Sequence record: MZ501109
Reading direction: 5' to 3' (one strand)
Source of the DNA: Escherichia phage TrudiRoth
Length of the DNA: 64,000 nt
The position numbers and the translations under genes are program-made. Below the pieces are notes generated by a model. It was not told the DNA's origin, did not search any database, and was given only the letters and a program-made list of their open reading frames with translations. Within the stretch, counting starts at the first letter, position 1. Each line of letters starts with the position of its first letter. This document shows positions 53,443-62,323 of this stretch, in pieces.

Positions 53443-54141
53443 ATGAGAATCATTTCAAAGTTCAATGATGTATACGATTTGCAGAATAGTTTATTTGATC
53501 CAGATCGTGTCTGGGAGCGTAAAACTGAAGAGCTGCGAGTAAAAGTAACTGACGATGTAGAAAAGAATATCGTTCATAATCGTCAGGTGTTTCGTGAGGG
53601 TTCCTTATCCTTCCGTGGTGACTTCGAATACTCAGTAAATCCACTGTTTATTGCAGGCGAAGTTTACTGGTTACATGAACTGTCCTGCTGGCATCCAGCA
53701 TTCAGTTTCAAAACGTTCAACATCGATGCTGTGTTCGATAAAATGGAAGAAATGGGATTACATGCCCGTTCTTACTTACTAGATAAGAATCGTGGTGATG
53801 TTCGTGAAACCATGCGAGATATGTTGGTTGAAGCAAAACCTAAAGCAGAACGTATCTTATCTGAACTGCGCGTACCAATTGCATATGTGAAAGGTATTAA
53901 GAAGAACGATAACGATGATGTTCGTAACTTCGTAATTCAGACAAACATTCGTTTCCATCAGTCAGGTATTCCGTGGCAGGAAATTGAAAGTAACTTATAC
54001 CGTTTACACCAAGTTCTCGAACAGTATATCTTCGGTGTACTAGGAACTGGTGAGCCTGATATGATTACCGTATCAGATAAAGACAGGTTAGCAGCACATG
54101 GATTTGATACAAAAACTTCTTTCAGGAATATGGCAAGGTAA
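53443..54141 (+). CDS. hypothetical protein (232 aa)
   Basis: ORF track with promoter. Confidence 0.55.
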   Translation: MRIISKFNDVYDLQNSLFDPDRVWERKTEELRVKVTDDVEKNIVHNRQVFREGSLSFRGDFEYSVNPLFIAGEVYWLHELSCWHPAFSFKTFNIDAVFDKMEEMGLHARSYLLDKNRGDVRETMRDMLVEAKPKAERILSELRVPIAYVKGIKKNDNDDVRNFVIQTNIRFHQSGIPWQEIESNLYRLHQVLEQYIFGVLGTGEPDMITVSDKDRLAAHGFDTKTSFRNMAR

Positions 54142-54547
54142 GTGGTATATCCTGGGAGCTGGTCTTGCGATAGGTATCGGATTCGGTGCTTATCACTTAG
54201 TTAATAAGGTTGAGACTCTAGCAGGTGATCTTGCAGTTGCGACTAAAAAGATCTCCACTCTAGAGACTTCTCTTAATAAAGTGAAAACTGAGAGTGAACT
54301 TCGTGAGACTCGAATGAACCAGTATTTCACAATGAATAATATTTCGCAAGCAGATCTAGACAAAAAGATTAAGCAGTTAGATAAAGCTCTTAGTCGTCAA
54401 GATGTTATCGCTGCAAAGCCTGGATTGGTAACATTAATTGCTAAAAAGCAGAATAAAGAGTTCGAGGAAAGATTAGCGTGTTTAACTGGAAACTTGGAGT
54501 ACTGCTCGCAGCCGCAATCACAATCACAGGCTGTGCAGAAGAAATAA
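54098..54547 (+). CDS. i-spanin-like protein (N-terminal TM helix + coiled coil)
   Basis: TM WYILGAGLAIGIGFGAYHLV then coiled coil; 3' end overlapped by a lipoprotein gene. Confidence 0.4.
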   Translation: MDLIQKLLSGIWQGKWYILGAGLAIGIGFGAYHLVNKVETLAGDLAVATKKISTLETSLNKVKTESELRETRMNQYFTMNNISQADLDKKIKQLDKALSRQDVIAAKPGLVTLIAKKQNKEFEERLACLTGNLEYCSQPQSQSQAVQKK

Positions 54548-54831
54548 AACCGGAGCCATCCCATGAGTTAAAGCAAGCTCATATAGATTGGCCTAAAGGA
54601 CTTCAGCCGTGTAGCTTTGATTTCAAATTCGAAAAGAAATTAGCTACAAATGGTGAAGATGGCGTAGTAGTTGTTGTACCTTACAAAGATTGGAATGCAA
54701 AAGCAAAATGCGAGGAAGCAGTTTACTCTTACATTTCACGACTGACCGGTATGGTTTGCTTCTATCGTCAAGATTTACAAGAAAAACGTTGCTTAGTTTA
54801 TTATCCACCCATTACAAATAGGAAAGATTAA
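54478..54831 (+). CDS. outer-membrane lipoprotein, o-spanin-like (GTG start)
   Basis: Signal peptide with lipobox LAAAITITGC. Confidence 0.45.
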   Translation: MFNWKLGVLLAAAITITGCAEEIKPEPSHELKQAHIDWPKGLQPCSFDFKFEKKLATNGEDGVVVVVPYKDWNAKAKCEEAVYSYISRLTGMVCFYRQDLQEKRCLVYYPPITNRKD

Positions 54832-55583
54832 TGTCAGTATTAGTCGGTTTACACGGTGAGGCTGGTGCGGGAAAAGATACCGTTGCAGAATTAATGATTG
54901 ACTGGTGTAATGACACGTTCCCAACGTGTTTATCCCGTCGTTACAGTTTTGCTAAACCCGTTTACGAACTTGCATCCGTAATCCTCGGGGTAACTCCAGA
55001 GTTTCTGGGAGAGCGCAGGGGGAAAGAGATTGACCAATGGTTTACAGTCACACAATCTCAATTGGAGCGAGCTAGAGACATATGGTTTAAGTATGGTATC
55101 GATAAGTTTGAGGACTTCTCGTACGTTTGGCCTATTTTTGAAGGAAAATACCTTGATCCTCAGCAGTTAATTGGGCAAGCTGATGATGCGCTGTATAGCG
55201 TGTTTATCTCCCCAAGAAAAATGCTACAGCTTGTAGGTACTGAGTTAGGAAGGCAGCTGGTGCATGAACGCATTTGGCTCATAATTCTGGAGCAATCCAT
55301 CGATAAAGACGACCCAGACGTCGCAATCGTTACCGATGTGCGTTTTCCCAATGAGGGAGAGCTAATCATGGAAACCAATACTCTAGATATGGATTCCATA
55401 CTTATTAAGGTTGAATCTGGTATTACTAATAAGTATCGCATCGAGACAGATCATCCGTCTGAAAGCGGTATTCCTGAAAAATACATTTCTCATAAATTTG
55501 AGAATACCTTCAACGGACTTGATGCACTTCGTACCGATGTGTACCACTTCTGTGACTTAGAGCTAGAACCACTAGTTGGATAA
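54831..55583 (+). CDS. dnk: deoxynucleoside monophosphate kinase
   Basis: P-loop GLHGEAGAGKDT resembles T4 gp1 dNMP kinase SGVKRSGKDT; IVTDVRFPNE region. Confidence 0.65.
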   Translation: MSVLVGLHGEAGAGKDTVAELMIDWCNDTFPTCLSRRYSFAKPVYELASVILGVTPEFLGERRGKEIDQWFTVTQSQLERARDIWFKYGIDKFEDFSYVWPIFEGKYLDPQQLIGQADDALYSVFISPRKMLQLVGTELGRQLVHERIWLIILEQSIDKDDPDVAIVTDVRFPNEGELIMETNTLDMDSILIKVESGITNKYRIETDHPSESGIPEKYISHKFENTFNGLDALRTDVYHFCDLELEPLVG

Positions 55584-55595
55584 TTAAGGATCACT

Positions 55596-56195
55596 ATGAC
55601 TAACAAGAAAGAAGAAAAGACTAACCTGTTTCACACTGTTCGCCAATCTAATGAGTATACCTTTTTCTTTGACGAAGAGTTAGGCTCACCGGATGAGTAT
55701 CGTGATCTATCAATGATACTGATGCAGGCTGGTGAAGATGATGAAATTAATCTGATGATTAATGGGCCTGGTGGTTACGTTGATACTGCTGCACAGCTAT
55801 CTAACCTAATAGCTAACTGTCGTGGAACGGTTATTGGGCACCTGCTCGGTCCTAGTGCTTCTGCTTACTGCACAATCTTCCTATCTTGCCACGGTTGGGT
55901 TGTACATCCACATGCTACGCTTATGGGACATACGTTCTCTGGCGGATTCTGCGAGAAAGGTCAAGAAATCAAGAAAGCCTATGAATCCTACAACCAGTTT
56001 GTAGAAGATATGATGCTAGATATTTACTTTCCGTTCTTCTCTGTCGACGAAATCGAGGACATGGTAAAAGAGAATAAGAATATCTATCTCAACAGCAAAG
56101 AAATCAATAAGCGTATTGAAATTTTGGCGAATTATCGTAAAGAGCAGTGTAGTAAAGCTCAAGCCCCACATCCAGAAGAACATGGAGAAGTGTAA
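55596..56195 (+). CDS. ClpP-like serine peptidase-fold protein
   Basis: LMINGPGGYVDTAAQLSNLI...LGPSASAYCTIF resembles ClpP INSPGG...G.AaS. Confidence 0.55.
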   Translation: MTNKKEEKTNLFHTVRQSNEYTFFFDEELGSPDEYRDLSMILMQAGEDDEINLMINGPGGYVDTAAQLSNLIANCRGTVIGHLLGPSASAYCTIFLSCHGWVVHPHATLMGHTFSGGFCEKGQEIKKAYESYNQFVEDMMLDIYFPFFSVDEIEDMVKENKNIYLNSKEINKRIEILANYRKEQCSKAQAPHPEEHGEV

Positions 56196-56204
56196 GTAGT
56201 TTTA

Positions 56205-56237
56205 AGCCAGAGTTTAACGACTCTGGCTTTTCTTTTG
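56205..56237 (+). terminator. Rho-independent terminator
   Basis: 8-bp stem agccagag/ctctggct, then tttcttttg. Confidence 0.65.
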
Positions 56238-56298
56238 CCTAAAATTCTTCTTGACAACGACAAAAAATTGTGCTCCAGAAGTGATCTTAAAAAACACA

Positions 56299-56328
56299 TT
56301 GTAATTTTACTCTAGAATTAGTATAATG
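56299..56328 (+). promoter_or_regulatory. sigma70 promoter (TTGTAA-18-TATAAT) for lysis genes
   Basis: caTTGTAAttttactctagaattagTATAATggtagtg; perfect TTGACA lies ~45 bp upstream. Confidence 0.45.
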
Positions 56329-56351
56329 GTAGTGGTTAGAGGAGGTTACAA

Positions 56352-57008
56352 GTGGAAAAGTTTATACAACTATTAACGATACTGCTACAAGAAGCGAAAG
56401 ATCCAGCTTCACTACTAAAACGTCTGCTAACTATCTTAGTTGCTGTCATTATTTTCTTGTTTGTAAGTAACACTAGCGAGGTGATGTCATTTTTAAAGAC
56501 TTTCTCCACGTCTTCGGTTTTACAGGATGTTCAAACCCAAAGGATAGATAACTTTCCTAATGTAGCACGAGAAAAGAGTATGGTTCTTTTCTCCCAGACT
56601 GGTGCGGATGCCGTTTTTGTAGTAAAGTATAAACCAGATGCTATAAATGATTATTCAAACATTATTGCATGGGAAAGCAATGCGCAATTGGATAGGGCTG
56701 ACTTGGCCGATAAAGCAGTAAATAAGACGTCTGAACTTTATAGACGTCACCTGGAAGGCTTTAACTACGCTGCGGATTTAAGTGTAAAAGTAAATAAATA
56801 TACGGGGTCAAATATACCAGCGTTTAAGAACATTACTTTTAATTACGTCTACACTTGTCCATATTTCAACCTAAATAATATCTATGCTGGATACATAGGT
56901 ATTGCATGGAAGGATAAACCCGTAGATACAGCTGATTCGGAACAATTTAATGAGTACTTAGCAAAGCTCTGTTCCCCACAACGGAGATCATTAGGTAGAT
57001 CTATATGA
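56352..57008 (+). CDS. putative holin (218 aa, one N-terminal TM, GTG start)
   Basis: TM LTILVAVIIFLFV; sits directly upstream of and overlaps the endolysin gene. Confidence 0.5.
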   Translation: MEKFIQLLTILLQEAKDPASLLKRLLTILVAVIIFLFVSNTSEVMSFLKTFSTSSVLQDVQTQRIDNFPNVAREKSMVLFSQTGADAVFVVKYKPDAINDYSNIIAWESNAQLDRADLADKAVNKTSELYRRHLEGFNYAADLSVKVNKYTGSNIPAFKNITFNYVYTCPYFNLNNIYAGYIGIAWKDKPVDTADSEQFNEYLAKLCSPQRRSLGRSI

Positions 57009-57418
57009 GTTTTAAATTTGGTAAAAATAGCGAAAAACAATTAGCAACTGTTAAGCCCGAGCTACAGAAGGTAGCTCGTAGGGCTTTAGAATTATCTCCA
57101 TATGATTTCATAATCGTACAGGGTATTCGTACAGTAGCACAAAGTGCCCAAAACATTGCTAATGGTACTTCATTTTTGAAAGACCCTAGCAAGAGTAAGC
57201 ATGTAACTGGAGACGCTATCGATTTTGCACCATATATTAATGGAAAGATTGATTGGAAAGATCTGGAAGCATTTTGGGCTGTTAAGAAGGCTTTTGAACA
57301 AGCCGGTAAGGAACTTGGTGTCAAACTTCGTTTTGGTGCCGACTGGAATAGTTCTGGTGATTATCATGATGAGATCGATCGTGGTACTTACGACGGTGGT
57401 CACGTAGAATTAGTCTGA
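57005..57418 (+). CDS. endolysin, LAS-type Zn peptidase (L-alanyl-D-glutamate peptidase-like)
   Basis: SKHVTGDAIDF and GADW...DEIDRGTYDGGHVE; 137 aa. Confidence 0.75.
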   Translation: MSFKFGKNSEKQLATVKPELQKVARRALELSPYDFIIVQGIRTVAQSAQNIANGTSFLKDPSKSKHVTGDAIDFAPYINGKIDWKDLEAFWAVKKAFEQAGKELGVKLRFGADWNSSGDYHDEIDRGTYDGGHVELV

Positions 57419-57428
57419 TAATAAATCA

Positions 57429-57452
57429 AGGCGGGGTAATTCCCGCCTTTTA
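57429..57452 (+). terminator. Rho-independent terminator
   Basis: ggcggg-gtaatt-cccgcc then tttta. Confidence 0.65.
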
Positions 57453-57493
57453 AAGCAAAGGGGGCTTTAAAAACTTAATGATAGGAGAAAGCC

Positions 57494-57910
57494 ATGTTTG
57501 CAGAACTATTCACCATGATATTACTAGGAATATGGAAAATAAGCCTAGTAATTTTCATCTTAATGATAATTCTCACTGTTGTCGCACTAGTTACCCAAAA
57601 TGATACATTAAAGAAAGTCGTTCATGGGCTAGAGTATATAATTATGGGCACATTCGGCGTTTGCAAATGCAACTGTCAGAGGAATACGAAATATTGTTGG
57701 CTTTGGATGGAGTTAGAGAACTGCATCACAGTAGCCCTGGCTGTCTCATTCGGTATGATTCTTATGGCCCTAACTCTAGCATTGATACCACTAATGTTAG
57801 CTGGGGGAGTCACGGCTTATTTCACCCTTTTCTCCCCTATACTTATGTATTCAATATATCCAATAACTATGTACTTAGTTAGGAAGAGATTCCCACATCA
57901 AGCACACTAA
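57494..57910 (+). CDS. polytopic membrane protein (138 aa)
   Basis: Four hydrophobic helices. Confidence 0.5.
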   Translation: MFAELFTMILLGIWKISLVIFILMIILTVVALVTQNDTLKKVVHGLEYIIMGTFGVCKCNCQRNTKYCWLWMELENCITVALAVSFGMILMALTLALIPLMLAGGVTAYFTLFSPILMYSIYPITMYLVRKRFPHQAH

Positions 57911-57923
57911 TATAAAAAAGTAG

Positions 57924-57952
57924 TTGACTTTCCGCTGAAATTTTTATATAAT
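57924..57952 (+). promoter_or_regulatory. sigma70 promoter (TTGACT-17-TATAAT)
   Basis: tagTTGACTttccgctgaaatttttaTATAATatttgtataaattgaatcagagg. Confidence 0.6.
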
Positions 57953-57985
57953 ATTTGTATAAATTGAATCAGAGGAGTTTCACAA

Positions 57986-58393
57986 ATGTCAGATCGTTAC
58001 TATACTCAGATGGCTAACCATTACAATATGGCTCCGTATGAATTGAACATCGCATTACGTGACCTCGATTCACCAGAGCGTGCAAAACTTGAGAAAAAGG
58101 CGGGAATTCGTATGTCTAGCAAGGGCAAGAAACTTACTCGTATTGACTTAAATACCATGTTAATGGAAGAGCTTGGCGTGAATATTGAAGGTCAGAAGTT
58201 GCCTCTCAATGTTCTTGAAACGATGCTGGATAAAGTCAAAAAGAAAACCTATAAGAAAGTACAAGTACCGGAAGGCAGGCTAAAAGCCCCTTATCAGGCT
58301 GCTGTATCTGAGTGCTTAGGTGCTACCTTAGATCTTAGCACTGCAACTGTTAAAGTGATGCGTGCGTTTTTAGAGGCAGTTAATAAATTGTGA
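57986..58393 (+). CDS. hypothetical protein (135 aa)
   Basis: ORF track. Confidence 0.5.
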   Translation: MSDRYYTQMANHYNMAPYELNIALRDLDSPERAKLEKKAGIRMSSKGKKLTRIDLNTMLMEELGVNIEGQKLPLNVLETMLDKVKKKTYKKVQVPEGRLKAPYQAAVSECLGATLDLSTATVKVMRAFLEAVNKL

Positions 58394-58917
58394 TTACCCA
58401 AGAAAGATTGAAGGAGCTTCTAGAGTACAATCCAGATACAGGGATATTTATATGGAAGAGCCGAAAGATAGATAGAAGTGGTTTTAACAAGCAATTCGCA
58501 GGAAAAGTTGCTGGCAATCCTCAAAATAACGGTTATATCAATATTACTGTTGATTCCGAAGTTCATGGGGCACATAGATTAGCTTTTCTTTACATGGAAG
58601 GCTATATGCCTGCAAGGGTAGACCACGAAAACATGGTTAGGTCTGATAACAAATGGCTTAACCTACGAGAAGCTACAGTCTCTCAAAATGGTGCTAATGC
58701 GTTAAAGTATTCTAACAATAGTTCTGGATATAAGAACGTATACTGGACAAAGAAAACGTGTAAATGGCAAGTACAGGTTATGAAAGATGGTAAATCCTAC
58801 TCGGGAGGATACTTCACAAACCTCAAAGATGCTGTAGAAACTGCCAATGAGTTAAGATTTGAATTATTTGGGGAATTTGCCCTATATGAACCATTTAAAG
58901 GAGATAAACATGAGTAA
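58390..58917 (+). CDS. HNH-AP2 homing endonuclease (paralog, GTG start)
   Basis: HRLAFLYMEGYMPARVDHENMVRSDNKWLNLREATVSQN and AP2-like SGYKNVYWTKKTCKWQVQVMKDGK. Confidence 0.75.
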   Translation: MITQERLKELLEYNPDTGIFIWKSRKIDRSGFNKQFAGKVAGNPQNNGYINITVDSEVHGAHRLAFLYMEGYMPARVDHENMVRSDNKWLNLREATVSQNGANALKYSNNSSGYKNVYWTKKTCKWQVQVMKDGKSYSGGYFTNLKDAVETANELRFELFGEFALYEPFKGDKHE

Positions 58918-59200
58918 ATTAGTATATCTATTAAAGGGATCTACCTGCAATCCGTGCAAAATGTTCGAGCCTGTATTCGATAAAGTAGTACAGGACTACA
59001 GTCTAGAAGTTCATAAAGAGACTGATAACACAGAACTTATGCAGAAATTTGGCGTTCGTCAGGTTCCTGTAGTAGTTCTAGCAGATCGTCTCCCTAATGG
59101 TCGTGTGGAAGCCAACCACATTCTGATTGGTCGTCAGCTTCGTAAAGAAACTATGCACGATGCAATCAAAAACTTCCTGGAAGATAATCCAGAAGATTAA
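58877..59200 (+). CDS. thioredoxin/glutaredoxin-like protein (CxxC)
   Basis: MSKLVYLLKGSTCNPCKMFEPVF; start moved to ATG 58877. Confidence 0.55.
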   Translation: MPYMNHLKEINMSKLVYLLKGSTCNPCKMFEPVFDKVVQDYSLEVHKETDNTELMQKFGVRQVPVVVLADRLPNGRVEANHILIGRQLRKETMHDAIKNFLEDNPED

Positions 59201-59209
59201 TAAATCCAA

Positions 59210-59238
59210 CCCAGATCTTAGCTGATCTGGGTTTTTTA
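59210..59238 (+). terminator. Rho-independent terminator
   Basis: 8-bp stem cccagatc/gatctggg, then ttttttatt. Confidence 0.65.
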
Positions 59239-59242
59239 TTAC

Positions 59243-59271
59243 TTGCTTTCTGCTAAAAATTTTGATATAAT
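59243..59271 (+). promoter_or_regulatory. early-type sigma70 promoter (TTGCTT-17-TATAAT)
   Basis: ttacTTGCTTtctgctaaaaattttgaTATAATatatttataaattgatgagagg. Confidence 0.6.
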
Positions 59272-59302
59272 ATATTTATAAATTGATGAGAGGAGTATCA
59301 CA

Positions 59303-59683
59303 TTGAATTACGCATATCTTATAATACATAACAACGTGGTCTGTGGTACTCGTGCTGTAGAAATGGGAATCACAGAAGAAAAATATAAGTCACTACCTGA
59401 AAAAGAGCAAGAATATTACGTTGAGCAAGCTGCTTGGGAATATGCTGAAGTTTATCCCGAAGAACGTGAAGGTCGTGTTACTATTGTTGTTGCTCTGGGG
59501 CTGGTGGGCTGTGATACCGAAGTTGATACAGATCTAGAAACACTTGAAGAATGGGAAGAGCTGGATATTGCAGAGCAAAATGCTATTATCCGTGAATCTT
59601 TCTGGGAAGCAGTAGACTGTCACGTTGTCTTTGAGCCAAACGATACAGAAGCTGAAAAACATACTAATTGGATGACTCGATAA
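59303..59683 (+). CDS. hypothetical acidic protein (126 aa, TTG start)
   Basis: ORF track; RBS gagaggag 8 nt upstream. Confidence 0.5.
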   Translation: MNYAYLIIHNNVVCGTRAVEMGITEEKYKSLPEKEQEYYVEQAAWEYAEVYPEEREGRVTIVVALGLVGCDTEVDTDLETLEEWEELDIAEQNAIIRESFWEAVDCHVVFEPNDTEAEKHTNWMTR

Positions 59684-60546
59684 TGAAAAAAGAATTTAAC
59701 CTGCATGAAATGTTAGTAGTACCAGACGATGTTAACCTGTTCTTCGTAGGAGATATTCACGGCTGTAATGATATGCTGGAAGATGCTCTTAAACTAGCAG
59801 GATATAAAGAAAAGCGTGACTATGTTGTCTGTGTTGGCGACTTAATTGACCGTGGCCCGCAGAACTTACAGGTTCTAGCCAAATTCTTATATAACCCACG
59901 TTTCCGTAGCGTTCGTGGCAACCATGATCAGTTTATGATTGCCGGGGATTATGCCAACTGGATGTATAATGGTGGAATGTGGGCAATGAATGATCTGGAT
60001 ACCGATACAATTAAAGGTATCGCAGAAGATATGGCAGTTAAAATGCCAGTATTCATGACTGTACTCCATCGTGGCAAGAAATACGGTATTGTTCATGGTG
60101 GAATACCATTCCAGTATAAAGATGCGGGATTCGATGTACATACACCTAATTGGGACGATATTATTGATCATATCGCTGCAAGTGAAAATGATCCTAATGA
60201 TCATCCTAGTTATTACATTGAGCCATATCTATGGGATCGTGATGTAATTCAGGAAATTGGGTTCATCCTAGCACGTGGAGGAGCTACTCATGAGTACTTC
60301 AATCGTTATGCTAGCTTTAAGAATCAGTTAGTAGTTGAAGTACCTCCAGTTAAAGGTGTGGACTATGTATTCCATGGGCACACAGGTGTACCATACCCAA
60401 TCCTGTACCAGAACCGCGTATACCTAGATACTGGCGGTGTGTTCAACGGGAAGTTGACGGTTGCGCAAGTTAATGATGAAGCCGGTAAGATTATGACATT
60501 TACCACAGATAAAAATGATAGCTGTGGTGTACAGAGGATTCTGTAA
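59683..60546 (+). CDS. Ser/Thr protein phosphatase (calcineurin-like)
   Basis: GDIHGCNDML, GDLIDRGPQN, GNHD, and a His-rich C-terminal region; start could be 59668. Confidence 0.8.
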   Translation: MKKEFNLHEMLVVPDDVNLFFVGDIHGCNDMLEDALKLAGYKEKRDYVVCVGDLIDRGPQNLQVLAKFLYNPRFRSVRGNHDQFMIAGDYANWMYNGGMWAMNDLDTDTIKGIAEDMAVKMPVFMTVLHRGKKYGIVHGGIPFQYKDAGFDVHTPNWDDIIDHIAASENDPNDHPSYYIEPYLWDRDVIQEIGFILARGGATHEYFNRYASFKNQLVVEVPPVKGVDYVFHGHTGVPYPILYQNRVYLDTGGVFNGKLTVAQVNDEAGKIMTFTTDKNDSCGVQRIL

Positions 60547-61058
60547 TGGCCGGTATTTCTCAGGAATACCTGAAGAGTAGACTAACCTATAATCCTGAAA
60601 CATGGGAGTTTCGGTGGAAGCCTAACCCAAATGCTAGTAAAACATGGAATACTAGGTTTGCTGGTAAAGAAGCAGGTACTCTAAATAAAACTACCGGATA
60701 TATCAATTTAACAATTGATGGGGTTAAGCATGGTGCACATAGAATGGCTTTCTTATACATGGAGGGCTATTTACCTACTAAAGTGGATCACAAAGATACA
60801 ATAAGAACAAATAATGCTTGGAGTAACCTTAGGGCTGCTGATAATGCTCAGAATACTTGGAATGCTGGTATGAAAAGCTCCAATACTTCAGGATTTAAAG
60901 GTGTTTACTTAGATAAGCGTATAAATAAATATGTAGGTAGAGTTCGCTTTAGAGACAAAAGGTTCTCTACTAAATATTATGAAAATGCTGAGGATGCAGC
61001 TAAAGAGTTGGAAATCCTTAGAGAACAGTTACATAAAGAATTTGCGAGGAATGAATAA
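60546..61058 (+). CDS. HNH-AP2 homing endonuclease (paralog)
   Basis: HRMAFLYMEGYLPTKVDHKDTIRTNNAWSNLRAADNAQN and AP2-like SGFKGVYLDKRINKYVGRVRF. Confidence 0.75.
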   Translation: MAGISQEYLKSRLTYNPETWEFRWKPNPNASKTWNTRFAGKEAGTLNKTTGYINLTIDGVKHGAHRMAFLYMEGYLPTKVDHKDTIRTNNAWSNLRAADNAQNTWNAGMKSSNTSGFKGVYLDKRINKYVGRVRFRDKRFSTKYYENAEDAAKELEILREQLHKEFARNE

Positions 61059-61656
61059 TGCGTGTTAAATTCTGGTCGGATTTGCACTTAGACCACCCTG
61101 GAACTCTTCGCTTCCGTCCGTGGTTTAAGAATATGAAAGAACATGATGAATATATCCTAGATACTTTGTCCAAGCACATTGGCAAGCGTACTAAGCTCGT
61201 CTTGCTAGGGGATATTGCCGTGGGGCGTGAAGGGTTGGCTAAATTAAAGTCGGTTATCCACAATGTGCCTAACCAGTTAATCATGGGCAACCACGATGCT
61301 GAACGTCAGGGTCTGCATATTAAAGATCTTGTAGACGTTTATGATGATATTCAGGCTCTAGGTAAGCAAACAGGTGGTGGCAAGAAGTTTTGGCTGTCAC
61401 ACTGTCACACTGTCCATTGCACGAAGCAGAACTTCGTGGTAAGCTAAACATTCACGGACATGTGCACACCAATTCTGTGCGCGACCCACGTTATATCAAC
61501 ATCTCTTTTGAGATGAGTAAGACTCCTATTCCTCTAGAAGATATTGTATCTGGCAAGTTCACAAGCTATGATAGAGTAGTTAACTGCACTACTGGTGAAG
61601 TACTCCAAATCGATGAAGATGTGGCAGCAGTATTGAGGGGAGATATCAATGTTTGA
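61058..61656 (+). pseudogene. metallophosphoesterase gene split into two ORFs by a -1 frameshift at an 8-bp tandem duplication
   Basis: ORF1 has DLHLD and GDIAVG, GNHD; ORF2 (TTG-initiated in track) has HGHVH; tandem ctgtcaca-ctgtcaca at 61394-61409; removing one unit gives continuous ...FWLSHCPLHEAELRGKLNIHGHVH... Confidence 0.55.
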
Positions 61657-61758
61657 TTTTGATGGTATGGCTCGTGAGATATTTATAGCAATAGGGGTAG
61701 TAGTTCTTATCTCTTTCTTTACGGGCCTAGGCTTAGGCCTTTTATTTTAAAACTTCAT

Positions 61759-61787
61759 TTGCTAAAATGCTTAGTTTTCTGTATAAT
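61759..61787 (+). promoter_or_regulatory. early-type sigma70 promoter (TTGCTA-17-TATAAT)
   Basis: ttcatTTGCTAaaatgcttagttttctgTATAATtactttataaattgatgagaagg. Confidence 0.6.
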
Positions 61788-61817
61788 TACTTTATAAATT
61801 GATGAGAAGGAATCAAA

Positions 61818-62249
61818 ATGCAAAAGATTGATAAAGCACTTTTAATCGCAACAGCAGATAAGTTTGAGCAAGTTAAAGCTACTTTTAAGGCAGTCTTTCA
61901 GTCCTATGTTCAAGACAAATCGAACCCGATTTCTGAGCGTTTGATGATGTGGGAATGTTTTGCTTGCAATGCTCTGCTAATTTCCGATTATAAGGGAGAA
62001 GTATCTGAGGAATTGCATGAGATCTTTATTAATGAGGATACTCCACGCTATCAGTTAGTGAACTTCCAAGATCTAGCTGAGCAAGTTATTCCTGATGATC
62101 TTTGGGACAAGTATTACGGTGATCCTGAAGAAGATGGTATGGAACCTGAGAAGTGCATTGAACTGATCTGTAAAGATCATCCTGAAATTGCTGAGAAATT
62201 TGAGTTGGTATTTGCTTCGGAGTTCTCAGGTTTCGTTAACGATTGGTAA
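61818..62249 (+). CDS. hypothetical acidic protein (143 aa)
   Basis: ORF track. Confidence 0.5.
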   Translation: MQKIDKALLIATADKFEQVKATFKAVFQSYVQDKSNPISERLMMWECFACNALLISDYKGEVSEELHEIFINEDTPRYQLVNFQDLAEQVIPDDLWDKYYGDPEEDGMEPEKCIELICKDHPEIAEKFELVFASEFSGFVNDW

Positions 62250-62262
62250 ATAAATAATTTAC

Positions 62263-62291
62263 TTGCTAAATGTCCAGAAATCTTATATAAT
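62263..62291 (+). promoter_or_regulatory. early-type sigma70 promoter (TTGCTA-17-TATAAT)
   Basis: ttacTTGCTAaatgtccagaaatcttaTATAATatatttataaattaatgagagagg. Confidence 0.6.
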
Positions 62292-62323
62292 ATATTTATA
62301 AATTAATGAGAGAGGAAGTTCAA

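Noticed and set aside
21150-62291. Regularly recurring ~30-bp repeat that might suggest a CRISPR array
   Set aside because: Copies are 0.3-2 kb apart, each has -35/-10 architecture followed by RBS and ATG, and no cas genes are present; they are promoters.
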